NCBI GenBank assembly: GCA_963803145.1
Contig: CAWDLW010000015.1
Location: 192,001 to 256,000, forward strand
Reading direction: 5' to 3'
DNA from: Methanotrichaceae archaeon
GTDB lineage: Archaea; Halobacteriota; Methanosarcinia; Methanotrichales; Methanotrichaceae
Length of the DNA: 64,000 nt
Of the stretch, positions 1-10,577 are shown piece by piece. The notes below the pieces were generated by a model, which worked only from the letters and a program-made list of their open reading frames with translations, was not told where the DNA came from and ran no database searches. Made by a program: the position numbers and the translations under genes. The first letter of the stretch is position 1, and each line of letters opens with the position of its first letter.

Positions 1-1
1 G

Positions 2-328
2 ATTAATCTCATCTATATATGCGATTTCTGGGTTACCCGCTGTTGCATTTTTTGTCGGCTCGTCTGAGCCGGAGTTTGGATCGAAATGTACAGCACGCTT
101 AGCACCGGTGGTATGATTCGCTGGAGCGACGTAAACTAATTTAGTATCATCCTCAGTCACGTTGTGGCCGGTAACACAAGGCCCAAATCCATCATTTGTA
201 TGTCCAACATACATCGAGCCGTCTATGCTCGCCCCTGGCGTTACAATAAATGTTGTGCATTCGTGCGCTGCACTTGATTGAATTGAAGTAGATAAAATAA
301 CAAGAAACACTATTAATTCTATTCTCAT
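2..328 (-). CDS. C69-family dipeptidase (Ntn hydrolase), secreted; N-terminal part only, runs off the window
   Basis: Manual translation from ATG at 328: MRIELIVFLVILSTSIQSSAAHE-CTTFIVTPGASIDGSMYVGHTNDG; signal peptide followed by the C-T-x-x-x-V...S-x-DGS...H-x-N-D N-terminus typical of peptidase C69. Confidence 0.8.
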   Translation of the reverse strand, partial: MRIELIVFLVILSTSIQSSAAHECTTFIVTPGASIDGSMYVGHTNDGFGPCVTGHNVTEDDTKLVYVAPANHTTGAKRAVHFDPNSGSDEPTKNATAGNPEIAYIDEIN

Positions 329-362
329 GATATGCTCCCTCCTTGAGATCGATCAAGATTCT

Positions 363-920
363 CTAGGACGTCCCATCCGATTTCCATTCCATCTTCCTCA
401 GAGCATACGCAGCGCTCAATTGGACTTCGGTACTGTTATCGTTTAGCGCCTGAGTCAATTGATTTATTGCACGTCGATCTCCGATCCTTCCCAGGACTCT
501 AGCAGCGTTTACTCGAATATCGATATTATTTGACCTAAGAGCCCGTATCAAAGAAATCACTGCCGGAATTCCGATCTTTGTGAGCGCCATTGCAGCAGAT
601 ATTTGAACCTCAGTGTCATTATCTCTGAGAGCGTTGATCAATGGCCCAATTGTTCGGGTCGAATTGTGTTTCCCAAGAGCCAATGCAACCTTGCTACGGA
701 CACTGCTATTTTTATCATTCAAGGCAACTATCAATGAATCGATAACTCCGGTATCATTTAGCTTTTGGAGATACTCTACGGCATGTAATCTGACTTCAGA
801 GCTGTTATTTTTTAGATCTACGAGCGGCGAAACTTTGCCTTTCAGCTCGCTTTGCGCCATAACAGGCATGCACAGTAATGATATCACTGCTATTATGAAA
901 ATAAGATTGATTTTGATAAT
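363..920 (-). CDS. HEAT/PBS-lyase repeat protein with signal peptide (ORF-track start 887; likely non-canonical start at 920 or 917)
   Basis: Repeated LxDxxxxVRxxAAxALG units; hydrophobic N-terminus extends upstream to ATT/ATC behind AGGAGG. Confidence 0.8.
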   Translation of the reverse strand: MIKINLIFIIAVISLLCMPVMAQSELKGKVSPLVDLKNNSSEVRLHAVEYLQKLNDTGVIDSLIVALNDKNSSVRSKVALALGKHNSTRTIGPLINALRDNDTEVQISAAMALTKIGIPAVISLIRALRSNNIDIRVNAARVLGRIGDRRAINQLTQALNDNSTEVQLSAAYALRKMEWKSDGTS

Positions 921-1211
921 CCTGCCTCCTAAGCGATCTATAATGTAAAAATTAACTAAAAGCTCTTTCGGTCCACTGCGTCAAACCAGATTATGCTCAT
1001 GTTGAATTAGATATTTCAACTTTTCAAGCTTTAGCCCTATGGCATCAGCTTGAAAGTGGAGGCATTGGAGCTGTAGACCAGATGGTATTTATAAAGCTCA
1101 CATGGGCCTGACGATCAGGATGGGGCTCATGCCCGAAAAATGAAATGGTGAATTTGCAGGTTATATGTATAAGGAGTTGGGATTGGCCCTAGTATCCCAA
1201 ATCCTTTTACC

Positions 1212-2696
1212 CTACTTCTTTGGGCTGAATTTTATAGCCCGATCATACATAATCTCTGAGTAGGATGGTCCAATTTTTGTAGCTTTCTCCAGGTATATCC
1301 TCCAGGCAATCATGAGTGGTTGATCGAGGTTTATACCGTATGCTCCCACACCATAAGGTACCTCATAACAGTGTGGATCTCCATTGGAGTGTCTGGCGAT
1401 CTTGTAGACATAAAGGTATTTCGCATTAGTATCTCCGGGGAGATAGGCATCTGCAGTCCCATTGAAATCCTGATCAGTGATCGCTCCAATGCCATTCCAT
1501 GCATTTGCTCCGAATAAGCCGATGTTCTGGTACGTCGCCTTTCCTGCGGCTACATGGTTAACCCCATAGACGATTATGAACTCATTTGTATCATTGCCCA
1601 AGGTAATCGGCGGATTTCGTGAGAAACCATAGTACTGCGAGATGTTATTGAAGGGAGGTGTCTGCGAAGAGAGAGTCTGGTTCGCAGTCCAGAGATAGCA
1701 TGCATCGTTGTTAGGACCATAGGTACTGATTCCTCTCTGGAACGCCTCATTCGCATCTGGGTACCATTGGCTAGTCGGAAGCTCAATGGCATTCAATCCG
1801 CTGTATTTGGTTAGGATAGCTTGCCTCAATTTATTGAGATCGGGCGTCAAACCAAACTCTGCTTCCCCTGTTCCACGCACTCTTAGTTCTGGCACGTTAT
1901 ACGGATCTAGCTTTGTAGATTTGTTGGGGGTAATCCGGAAGATAGTGGCAGGTGTACTATTGATGTAATCGTTGCCAACTTGCTTATCTTTGAATAGAGC
2001 AGGGCGAATATATATGGTAAATGTATCTGAATTATTCTCTAGACCCATATTCAACATGGGGGAGGGAATCACCTGTGTGTTAATTATGCCGTCTGAATAC
2101 CCTACGGACTCCGCGACAGCACGGATGCGTTGATCGACGCCTTTGTCGGCCGTAGTGACTATCATGGTAGTTTGATTGAAAGGATTTCCTGCTGTTCCAT
2201 TTGGTGTCCCGTCAGTTTTAATGATTTCCATATTCAGAGGATCGCCTAAGTCGAACCAAGGCCATAAGGTTTTATTTCCATATGTCCTAGAAAATAAATT
2301 GACATCGAAATTGAAGTATCTACACTCAGGCGGTGTTCTTCCTACGAAAACAATAGCTTCATCAGGACGGAGTCGGAAATAGGCCGTCGCATTACCGCTA
2401 AATCCGAGTGCTTTAGCTAACATGGATGGTTTTTTGTCTACCTTGTAACCAGGCGCCGCTGGCACAAAATATGCTATATATTTTGTGGTTGGATTGTTCC
2501 CCCATGCAGAAGGCAACAATCCTTGATTATATAACTTAATTACATCATAAAAACCCAGCTCACCTTGTTGTACTGTAAACCCATCCTTTTCTAATGCTTG
2601 TTTAAAGGCATTCACGTTACCTACATTCACATTCGCTGCAGTGCAAGTTCCTATTAATATTGCAAACAAGACAGCAAATATTATATATCCTTTCAT
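1212..2696 (-). CDS. Secreted hypothetical protein, 494 aa
   Basis: Long ORF, GGAGG RBS, signal peptide MKGYIIFAVLFAILIGTCTA; no family recognised. Confidence 0.75.
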   Translation of the reverse strand: MKGYIIFAVLFAILIGTCTAANVNVGNVNAFKQALEKDGFTVQQGELGFYDVIKLYNQGLLPSAWGNNPTTKYIAYFVPAAPGYKVDKKPSMLAKALGFSGNATAYFRLRPDEAIVFVGRTPPECRYFNFDVNLFSRTYGNKTLWPWFDLGDPLNMEIIKTDGTPNGTAGNPFNQTTMIVTTADKGVDQRIRAVAESVGYSDGIINTQVIPSPMLNMGLENNSDTFTIYIRPALFKDKQVGNDYINSTPATIFRITPNKSTKLDPYNVPELRVRGTGEAEFGLTPDLNKLRQAILTKYSGLNAIELPTSQWYPDANEAFQRGISTYGPNNDACYLWTANQTLSSQTPPFNNISQYYGFSRNPPITLGNDTNEFIIVYGVNHVAAGKATYQNIGLFGANAWNGIGAITDQDFNGTADAYLPGDTNAKYLYVYKIARHSNGDPHCYEVPYGVGAYGINLDQPLMIAWRIYLEKATKIGPSYSEIMYDRAIKFSPKK

Positions 2697-2834
2697 ATAC
2701 TATGCGCCTCCTGCCAACTAAATTAGCAGCAATTGTCGTCGAACTACAAAAAGTTTAGCCTTATATGTAGAACCTCTATGCAAGCAATGCCTTGAGAAAA
2801 GATTAATTAAAGTAAACGAGTAGTTTGGCATAGG

Positions 2835-4122
2835 ATGACCCAGAAAAAGATGTCTTCCTGGTTTCCATCTACTAGCCAAGCCTACGGGTGCAGCCTGCAA
2901 CCTCGGCTGTAAATACTGCTTCTTTCTATCCAAGAAGAATCTCTACCCCGGAAGCAGCTTCAGAATGTCTGATGAGCTTCTAGAAACCTATATCCGCCAA
3001 TATATTGAAGCACAGCAGATTCCCCAGGCTACCATTGCCTGGCAGGGCGGCGAGCCGACACTGATGGGCCTGGACTTTTTCAGGCGGTCGATCCAATATC
3101 AGCAGAAGTACAGGCGACCAGGAATGGTCATCCAGAACACCATGCAGACCAATGGCACCCTTTTGGATGATGAGTGGTGCGAGTTCTTCCACAATAATAA
3201 CTTCCTCGTCGGCCTGAGCCTGGACGGGCCGAAAAGGCTTCACGATGCCTATCGTGTAGACAAAGCCGGCAGGCCGACCTTTGATAAAGTGATGAGAGCA
3301 GCAAAGCTCTTGCGAAAGCATAAAGTCGATTTCAATATTCTGACAACTGTGCATGCTGCAAACGGCGATTACCCATTGGATGTTTACCGCTTTTTGAGAG
3401 ATGAAGTAAAAGCAAATTTTATACAATTCATTCCCATTGTAGAGAGAGATAACGATACGGGCTTTCAAGAGGGCGATAAGGTCACAGATCGCTCTGTAAA
3501 GGCGGAGCAATATGGAAGGTTCCTGATAGATATCTTCGATGAATGGGTAAAAAAGGATGTGGGGAAGATTTTCGTTCAGATCTTCGATATAGCTCTGGCA
3601 GCATGGTCTGGAGCCCCTCCAGGCATCTGTGCCTTCTCTCAGACCTGCGGAACAGCCATGGCCATGGAGCATAACGGCGATATGTACTCGTGCGATCACT
3701 TTGTGGAGCCCAAATACTTATTGGGGAATATTAAAGAGAAAAACATGGCCCATCTAGCTTCATCGGAGAAGCAGAGAAGATTTGGCCAGGACAAGCTGGA
3801 TTCCCTTCCAAAATACTGTCGCCGGTGTGAGGTATTATTTGTCTGTCATGGAGAATGCCCAAAGAACCGTTTTATAAGGACTCCTGATGGTGAGCCGGGA
3901 CTGAATTACCTCTGCGCAGGCTACAAAGAGTTCTTTAGACATATCGATGGCCCCATGAGGTTCATGGCTCACGAGCTCAGACAGGGACAGACCCCTGCTA
4001 ATGCTATGAACTACACGACAAATGGTAAAATCTCCGGGGTAATCTTCAAGCCTGGCAGGAACGATCCCTGTCCATGCGGCAGCGGGCTGAAGTTTAAGAA
4101 GTGCCACGGCAAGGCTGGATGA
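2835..4122 (+). CDS. Anaerobic sulfatase maturase (anSME, radical SAM/SPASM, C-terminal SEC-C); 5' end apparently frameshifted
   Basis: FHLLAKPTGAACNLGCKYC lies upstream of and in frame with the ORF-track ATG (2965); WQGGEPTL, YSCDHFV, CxxCxxxxxCxGxCPK, GRNDPCPCGSGLKFKKCHG. Confidence 0.9.
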
Positions 4123-4178
4123 AAATATGAAAGTTTAGCTCAACTAAGAAAAATCTTATATCTTACCAGTTCGTTTAG

Positions 4179-5285
4179 ATGAACGTGGCCCCTGGCAATG
4201 GTCTGAAGATCCTTGCATGGATCTCGGTTATTATTCTCATCATTATCACCGCCTATATAAGCAGATTTCTAATAGGCACAATAATGCTCGGCATATTGCT
4301 TGCTTATATGCTCTTTCCAATTTATAAATTGGCCTTTATGAAAACCGGATCAGGGAGGAGATCTTCTCAAATAGCAATATCGGCGGTATTGATCACGGCA
4401 GTCTTGATCCTGCTGGTCTTTTATCTTATTATCTCACAGGGATTGACTGGCCCTTCTGCAAATGTCCCTGCGACCAATAATATCACTTCAGCTAACCTTT
4501 GGGCGAATTTAGGTATCTTGCCCAATCTTAAACAGTCTCAAGAAATGGCTAATTTCAAAAATGCGGTTCAGGGTGGTATGATCTCTTTCATGATCTCGTT
4601 TATCATTCCGGCTGTTGTTCACGAGGTAGTGAATTCATTGGTCATTCCCATCCTGCAAAGTAAGATACTGGACTTCACATTGGCATTTCCCATCTTTCTA
4701 ATTCAATTGATAGTTGCGACCTTTTTAGCATACTATCTTCTCTTGAATGGAAAGGAGGCCGCTCTAAGGTCGCCAAACCTTCTTCCAGAAGAGCAAAGGT
4801 TGGTTGGCAGACATTTTTTAAAGGAGCTGAATGGAATCTTCAAAACGCTTCTAACAGCAAACTTCGATATTGCTGCATATAATTTCCTGGTGGGCATCAT
4901 TATGTTTTCTCTGATAGGGGTGCCTTTTTCAGCAGTATGGGCAATAATGGCAGCTTTTCTATCTCTGATCAGATTCTTTGGCCCGCTGCTTATTTTCGTC
5001 CCGCTGTCCGTCTTCCTATTCCTGACAAACGATATTCCAAGGGGATTTCTCCTCCTTCTCTGTGGAGCTTCCCTTCTGGAATATGTCCCGGAATGCATCT
5101 TGCGGCCTCGCATATCTGAAGGGGGCTCTCCTGTCAACATCGCCTTGGCTTTTCTATCTTATGTAGCACCAATTTTGGTGCTTGGACTCATGGGAATTAT
5201 CATAGGACCCTTTATGTATGGATTATCGATAGCAGCCTACAGAACCGCACAACATTACAGCGAAAAAGAGATGCATAGCAGATGA
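4179..5285 (+). CDS. AI-2E family transporter
   Basis: About 8 TM segments; ILRPRI...GLMGIIIGP C-terminal motif. Confidence 0.8.
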   Translation: MNVAPGNGLKILAWISVIILIIITAYISRFLIGTIMLGILLAYMLFPIYKLAFMKTGSGRRSSQIAISAVLITAVLILLVFYLIISQGLTGPSANVPATNNITSANLWANLGILPNLKQSQEMANFKNAVQGGMISFMISFIIPAVVHEVVNSLVIPILQSKILDFTLAFPIFLIQLIVATFLAYYLLLNGKEAALRSPNLLPEEQRLVGRHFLKELNGIFKTLLTANFDIAAYNFLVGIIMFSLIGVPFSAVWAIMAAFLSLIRFFGPLLIFVPLSVFLFLTNDIPRGFLLLLCGASLLEYVPECILRPRISEGGSPVNIALAFLSYVAPILVLGLMGIIIGPFMYGLSIAAYRTAQHYSEKEMHSR

Positions 5286-5346
5286 TAAGTGGTAAAATCT
5301 CCATCTTTTGGGAAACAGAGTAAAAGACATATACCATGACGGTATT

Positions 5347-7896
5347 ATGACAAGCGGAGGGAGATCTATTCGTAAATCCTCATGTTTTATATTGGTCGCC
5401 TTGGTACTTTTAATGATATTCCTCGGGGCCTCTATCAGCCCTGCCTCAGATCAAGTGGCTGGCAAACCAAATTACCTTCAATTGAATAGCAGCTTCAAAA
5501 ACGATCAATTGGCAAATAATGCCAGCACAGGGGTCGACCTCCTTACCAACAGGAGAAAGCCTCTAGCCACCAACTCCAGCCTGGCATCTGTGGCCTACGG
5601 TGATGTCATTCAGCCTGATAAGGCCACGAGTGTTAGGGTTGTCAGAGCTAATAAAAGCGATGAGTGCCAGCCTGTAGTAGGTTTGACTTACAAGGACTCC
5701 ACCCAATGCTGGCCACAGGTGGCCCAGCCTCCCAAGGGCGCTCCAAATGTTGTATTCATTGTGCTTGATGATATTGGATACGGCGGCCTGGGATGCTTTG
5801 GCGGACCCGTTAATACTACGAATATCGATAAACTAGCGACGGGAGGATTGCGATACACTAACTTCCATACCACAGCGATTTGTGCTCCCACTCGCGCTTG
5901 CCTGCTCACTGGACGCAACCACCACTCTGTTGGTATGGGAACTCTTCCAGAGTTTGCCGACGGCTATGATGGATATAATGGCAACTTGTCAAAGAATGCT
6001 GCCACGATGGCCGAGATGCTTCAGTCTCAGGGCTACGATACCTACTGCATAGGCAAATGGCACCTTACGCCTTCAGATGCGATCAATGCTGCAGGGCCTT
6101 ACGATGAATGGCCCACTAGCCGAGGATTTGAAAGATACTATGGTTTCCTGGCGTCCCATACCAGCCAGTGGTATCCTGATTTGATCTATGATACACATCG
6201 TATAGATCCTCCAGCCACGCCTGAGCAGGGATACCATCTATCAAAGGATCTGGTTAACAGATCCATAGAGTTCATAAACGATGAAAAGGCGGTCAGCCCG
6301 AATAAACCCTTCTTCCTCTATCTTGCATTCGGTGCAGGCCACTGGCCACACCATGCGCCCAAGGCTTACATTGATAAATACAAGGGCAAGTTTGACCAGG
6401 GCTGGGATGTTATGCGAAATGATACTCTGGCCAGAGAGAAGGCTCTTGGAGTTGTGCCCAATAATACCGACCTTCCGCCGCGGGACCAGTATGTCAAAGC
6501 GTGGGATAACCTGACCCCGGACGAGAAGAAGGTATATGCACGCTTGGCCGAGGTCCATGCAGGATACGTTGACTATACTGATGAACAGCTGGGCAGGTTC
6601 ATCGATTACCTGAATCAAAGCGGACAGCTGAACAACACGATGATCGTGGTGCTCTCGGATAACGGTGCCAGCCCTGAAGGTGATGCCAACGGCTATACTA
6701 ATATGGTTCTCTGGGCCAATGGAATATCAGAAGGTGGAGATTCTGCAGGATTCCTGGGAAATGGTACATCTCTACCCAATTCCAATATAAGCACCATGCT
6801 GAAGAAGCTAGATGATCTTGGCGGGCCCCTATCGTATCCGACGTATCCTCTGGGCTGGGCCATGGCAGATAATACTCCCGACCGGCTCTACAAGTGGACC
6901 ACAAATGAAGGCGGCGTACACGATCCTCTGATCATATACTGGCCAGCAGTAATCAAAGATCAAGGTGGCATTCGAACCCAGTTCTGTCATGCCATTGATA
7001 TAGTTCCGACGGTTCTGGATGTAATGGGACTAAAGGCGCCGGAGGTCTATAATGGCTATCCCCAGAAGCCCATAGAGGGGATCAGCCTGGCCTATACATT
7101 CAACAACTCGAGCGCGCCGACCCGTAAGACGGTCCAGTACTTCGAAATGATGGGAACGCGCGCACTCTGGTACGAAGGCTGGAAGGCAGTTGCTTTCCAT
7201 CACGTTAACTCAGGAGGTAACTTCGATCAGGACGTCTGGCAGCTTTACAATCTCTCAGCGGATGTCTCAGAGTCCCACAATCTCGCATCAGTGTATCCTG
7301 AGATGGTGAAAAGTATGGAGGAGCGCTGGTGGGTCGAGGCAGGCAAATATAACGTTTTGCCTCTTGATGACCGTATTGGGGAGCGCTATGCTCCCAATCC
7401 TAAGACTGGATCGTTCACATATTATCCTGGAGCGGAGAAGGCTGTGGAGCCAGATATCCCCGATACTCATAACAGCTCCTACAATGTCACCGCTTATGTC
7501 GATATCCCGCAAACAGCGGCAGAAGGGGTTCTCTTCTCCATTGGAGGACGGTTTGCCGGACTCTCATTTTACGTCCAGAACAGCCATCTAATCTACGATT
7601 ACAACTTCTTCGGCCTGAAACATTACATTATCACATCGAAGGATAAAGTGCCCACAGGGCTATCAACGTTGGGCTTCTCCTTCAACAAGACTGGGAAGTT
7701 CAAAGGTATCGGAACGCTGTTCATTAATGGCAAGCAGGAAGGCCAGACTTATATCCCTATGACAGTGCCAACTCGATACTCCTACGACGAGGGCCTGGAG
7801 ATAGGCAAAGATCCTCAGACGCCTGTGACCGATAACTACACGAGCCCATTCAAGTTCAACGGGACTCTAGAAAAGGTCGTAATGGAGGTCAAGTGA
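5347..7896 (+). CDS. Secreted Cys-type arylsulfatase (AtsA-like) with C-terminal beta-sandwich extension
   Basis: PNVVFIVLDDIG, CAPTR formylglycine motif, LLTGR, GKWHL, SDNG; signal peptide. Start uncertain (TTG 5308, ATG 5347 or ATT 5368). Confidence 0.92.
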   Translation: MTSGGRSIRKSSCFILVALVLLMIFLGASISPASDQVAGKPNYLQLNSSFKNDQLANNASTGVDLLTNRRKPLATNSSLASVAYGDVIQPDKATSVRVVRANKSDECQPVVGLTYKDSTQCWPQVAQPPKGAPNVVFIVLDDIGYGGLGCFGGPVNTTNIDKLATGGLRYTNFHTTAICAPTRACLLTGRNHHSVGMGTLPEFADGYDGYNGNLSKNAATMAEMLQSQGYDTYCIGKWHLTPSDAINAAGPYDEWPTSRGFERYYGFLASHTSQWYPDLIYDTHRIDPPATPEQGYHLSKDLVNRSIEFINDEKAVSPNKPFFLYLAFGAGHWPHHAPKAYIDKYKGKFDQGWDVMRNDTLAREKALGVVPNNTDLPPRDQYVKAWDNLTPDEKKVYARLAEVHAGYVDYTDEQLGRFIDYLNQSGQLNNTMIVVLSDNGASPEGDANGYTNMVLWANGISEGGDSAGFLGNGTSLPNSNISTMLKKLDDLGGPLSYPTYPLGWAMADNTPDRLYKWTTNEGGVHDPLIIYWPAVIKDQGGIRTQFCHAIDIVPTVLDVMGLKAPEVYNGYPQKPIEGISLAYTFNNSSAPTRKTVQYFEMMGTRALWYEGWKAVAFHHVNSGGNFDQDVWQLYNLSADVSESHNLASVYPEMVKSMEERWWVEAGKYNVLPLDDRIGERYAPNPKTGSFTYYPGAEKAVEPDIPDTHNSSYNVTAYVDIPQTAAEGVLFSIGGRFAGLSFYVQNSHLIYDYNFFGLKHYIITSKDKVPTGLSTLGFSFNKTGKFKGIGTLFINGKQEGQTYIPMTVPTRYSYDEGLEIGKDPQTPVTDNYTSPFKFNGTLEKVVMEVK

Positions 7897-7933
7897 TAAG
7901 ATCTGGATTAAATTGGGATATATCGTATCCTAG

Positions 7934-7964
7934 GATCCCGGCATTAGCCGGGATCATCTTTTAT
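7934..7964 (+). terminator. Hairpin plus T-rich tail after the sulfatase gene
   Basis: GATCCCGGC-ATTA-GCCGGGATC followed by ATCTTTTAT. Confidence 0.6.
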
Positions 7965-8182
7965 TATCCTGACAGGAATAGCGCAAACTAAGCTAACAGT
8001 CTGCAATATAGGAGAGATCACGCGCCCAATATTTTTTGGAATTTTCGGAGGGCAACAAAGAAGTTCGTCCCGGGACTTACTAAAACAGCACGTGTTAAAG
8101 TATAAGAAGTGCCGCAGGAAGGCAGGATGAAAAGAGGGATTATTAGCTTCACTGGGGAAGCCAAACCTCCACAACCAGGGAT

Positions 8183-8692
8183 CTATATATAGAGTGTGTG
8201 AAGAAACAACAGTATATTACCTATAATAAAAAGCAAGAGACCTAAAGCGCCAATAGTCCTCTTGGGCGCTCGGCGGGCTACGAACATTAGAATATATGTT
8301 ATGACCGCCACTGCTATGACCACTGCAAGAACTTTATGGATGGGTGCCAGGAGATGCTTGGCCATCCCATAGTAGTATAGGATGTACTCTACTAGAGTTG
8401 ATTGGTGGTAAAACGTCACCTGATACACGGATAGCAGTATTATCGCGATGATAATTACCAAAAGTACCTTTCTATTGAACTTCAAAATGGCCTTTGCAGC
8501 CTTTGTAGATCGACCGAATGCCTTAGATGTTCGATAGTCCAAGCGATCGTTTAGCCGATCGATCTTCTCTGCTGATACGAGATACTCTATAGCCAGGAAA
8601 ATGCCTGCAAAGAAGTTGGCAATGATTCCCATCTGCTCCAAAGCTACATCATCCAGTCCAAATACCGCCAAGTGAAGATCAATTAAAGGCAT
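8183..8692 (-). CDS. Hypothetical membrane protein (about 4 TM)
   Basis: Hydrophobic segments; AGGTG RBS before ATG 8692 (ORF track starts 8713). Confidence 0.65.
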   Translation of the reverse strand: MPLIDLHLAVFGLDDVALEQMGIIANFFAGIFLAIEYLVSAEKIDRLNDRLDYRTSKAFGRSTKAAKAILKFNRKVLLVIIIAIILLSVYQVTFYHQSTLVEYILYYYGMAKHLLAPIHKVLAVVIAVAVITYILMFVARRAPKRTIGALGLLLFIIGNILLFLHTLYI

Positions 8693-9125
8693 TAGTTCAC
8701 CTTTGCATCCCATGCTGCACTGCTACCAATTATCCGCCTGAGGATATACATCTCGCCAATGAGATATGATACCGGAATTTCAACAATTCCATAAGCCCTA
8801 TATCCGTCATGGATCAATTCCCATCCAGAGATAAATACTTTGTACCTGTGATCTCTCCCCCATTAATATAATATCAATCGATATTGGAGATGCCATATGA
8901 TTTTATCTTTAATCTCTCGCTCATCTATCCCCCGAAAATCCAATTCAGTGATTTTTGCCAGTTAAAATAGGAATGATTATCAGCTTCATTTTCATGAAGA
9001 TCCTTTAGTAACAGGATAGGATGCCATCTCCGGAAGGATCGATAGCCTTGAATGAGTCCGCAACAAGAGGTCTTATAATAAGCCAGATATTTGCGAATCT
9101 ACTGGATAGGCATAAATTATGAAGA

Positions 9126-10577
9126 TTAATCAAAGCATAAGAGAGCCATTGAAAGAGCGGATAGAAGGGCAGTCTGTTGGGGCTGCCCAGGTTCTGCCAG
9201 GTTCTCACCAAAGTATCTAAAGAGGCGGTGGAGGTAATAAGGCTCATAGCTGAGATCGTGGTTCTCGCCCGGCATCACCAGCAGGTCGAAGGGCTTATCC
9301 GCTCTAATGAAAGCATCCACCAGCTGCATAGTCATGCAGGGATTTACGTTATCATCCACATCCCCGGTGATCATTAGCAGCTTTCCTGTCAAGTTTCCGG
9401 CTTTGAGTGCAGTTATCTGTTCTGTGTAATTTGAGTCCAATCCCTCGTACTTCTCGCCCCAGAATGCTCCATAGAACCTGCTGTCATAATCTCCAGAAGA
9501 TGCCACACCTACCTTGTAGAACTCCGGATAGGTTAGCAATGCCTGAGCAGTCATCAACCCACCCGCAGAGTGCCCGAACATTCCCACCCGGCTCAAGTCC
9601 ATAAAAGGCCTATCTTTCGCTAACTGCTTGAGGCCATTTACATGATCGGCAAGGCCACCGACATCCCCCAGATGGCCGTAGGCTGCGTCATGGAACTCCT
9701 TAGATCTGTAAGCAGTGCCCGGACCATCCATAGTAACAACTATGAACCCGAGCTCAGCGACTGCCTGAGCCCTCCAGAAGATCTTGTTGACCCAAGATAG
9801 GTCTTCGGGGAATGATTTAGCTGTGACTATGGTATAGGGCCCAGGGTAAACGGTCTCAACAACTGGATACTTCTGGGATGAGTTGAAATTGGTGGGCTTG
9901 AAGATTAAGCCGTAAAGATCTGTTTTGCCATCAAGCGCCTTGATGCTGAACCTCTCTGGGGGCCTCCAGCCCATATCTGTAATGTTCTTTATATCTCCCT
10001 TCTCCAAATTCATGATTACATTGCCGTTCAGATCCCTTAGCACCGTCACAGGCGGAAGATCCACTCGCGAGTAAGTATCAAGAAAAGCGGTTCTGTCAGG
10101 GGTCATCTGTATGTCGTGATCTGCGTCTTCAGGCGTAAGAAGCGTGAGCCCGCTGCCGTTGAGGCCTATTTTGTAGAGATGACGGAAATAAGGGTCTTGC
10201 CCTGGCTCTTTGCCTCCGGCTGTGAAGTATACCAACGATTCATTCTCATCCACACACAGAAGCTTCCTGACAACCCAATCCCCGGAGGTTATGGCGTTCT
10301 TTTGTCTTCCATTTTTATCATAGAGGTACAGATGGCCATAGCCGCTCGCCTCAGAAAACCAAACTATATCTCCATTTTTCAGGACCCTAGCATTAGGTAG
10401 GCTGGCATAATCCAGGTTGGCCTCAACATAAGTGGGGCCACTCTCATTTAAGATCTCTTCAGTCTGTCCGTTATCAGGATTGATCTTCAGAAGATGCAAC
10501 GCCTTTTCGCCCCTATCTGCATAGAGCGAGTAGAGTACCTGGCCATCGTCGCTCCACCATTGAAGAACATCACTCAT
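9126..10577 (-). CDS. S9/DPP IV-family peptidase, C-terminal fragment (catalytic domain) of a frameshift-split gene
   Basis: GHSAGG nucleophile, DDNV, NH; YPGP; propeller blades SGYGHLYLYD, ITSGDWVV. Confidence 0.85.
   Translation of the reverse strand: MSDVLQWWSDDGQVLYSLYADRGEKALHLLKINPDNGQTEEILNESGPTYVEANLDYASLPNARVLKNGDIVWFSEASGYGHLYLYDKNGRQKNAITSGDWVVRKLLCVDENESLVYFTAGGKEPGQDPYFRHLYKIGLNGSGLTLLTPEDADHDIQMTPDRTAFLDTYSRVDLPPVTVLRDLNGNVIMNLEKGDIKNITDMGWRPPERFSIKALDGKTDLYGLIFKPTNFNSSQKYPVVETVYPGPYTIVTAKSFPEDLSWVNKIFWRAQAVAELGFIVVTMDGPGTAYRSKEFHDAAYGHLGDVGGLADHVNGLKQLAKDRPFMDLSRVGMFGHSAGGLMTAQALLTYPEFYKVGVASSGDYDSRFYGAFWGEKYEGLDSNYTEQITALKAGNLTGKLLMITGDVDDNVNPCMTMQLVDAFIRADKPFDLLVMPGENHDLSYEPYYLHRLFRYFGENLAEPGQPQQTALLSALSMALLCFD

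Noticed and set aside
2965-4122. SPASM enzyme as RiPP maturase for the Cys-rich protein
   Set aside because: anSME signatures and adjacent CxPxR sulfatases explain it; the Cys-rich gene is more than 50 kb away
10570-10572. UGA as selenocysteine in the S9 peptidase
   Set aside because: The downstream half is in another frame, so readthrough would not restore the protein
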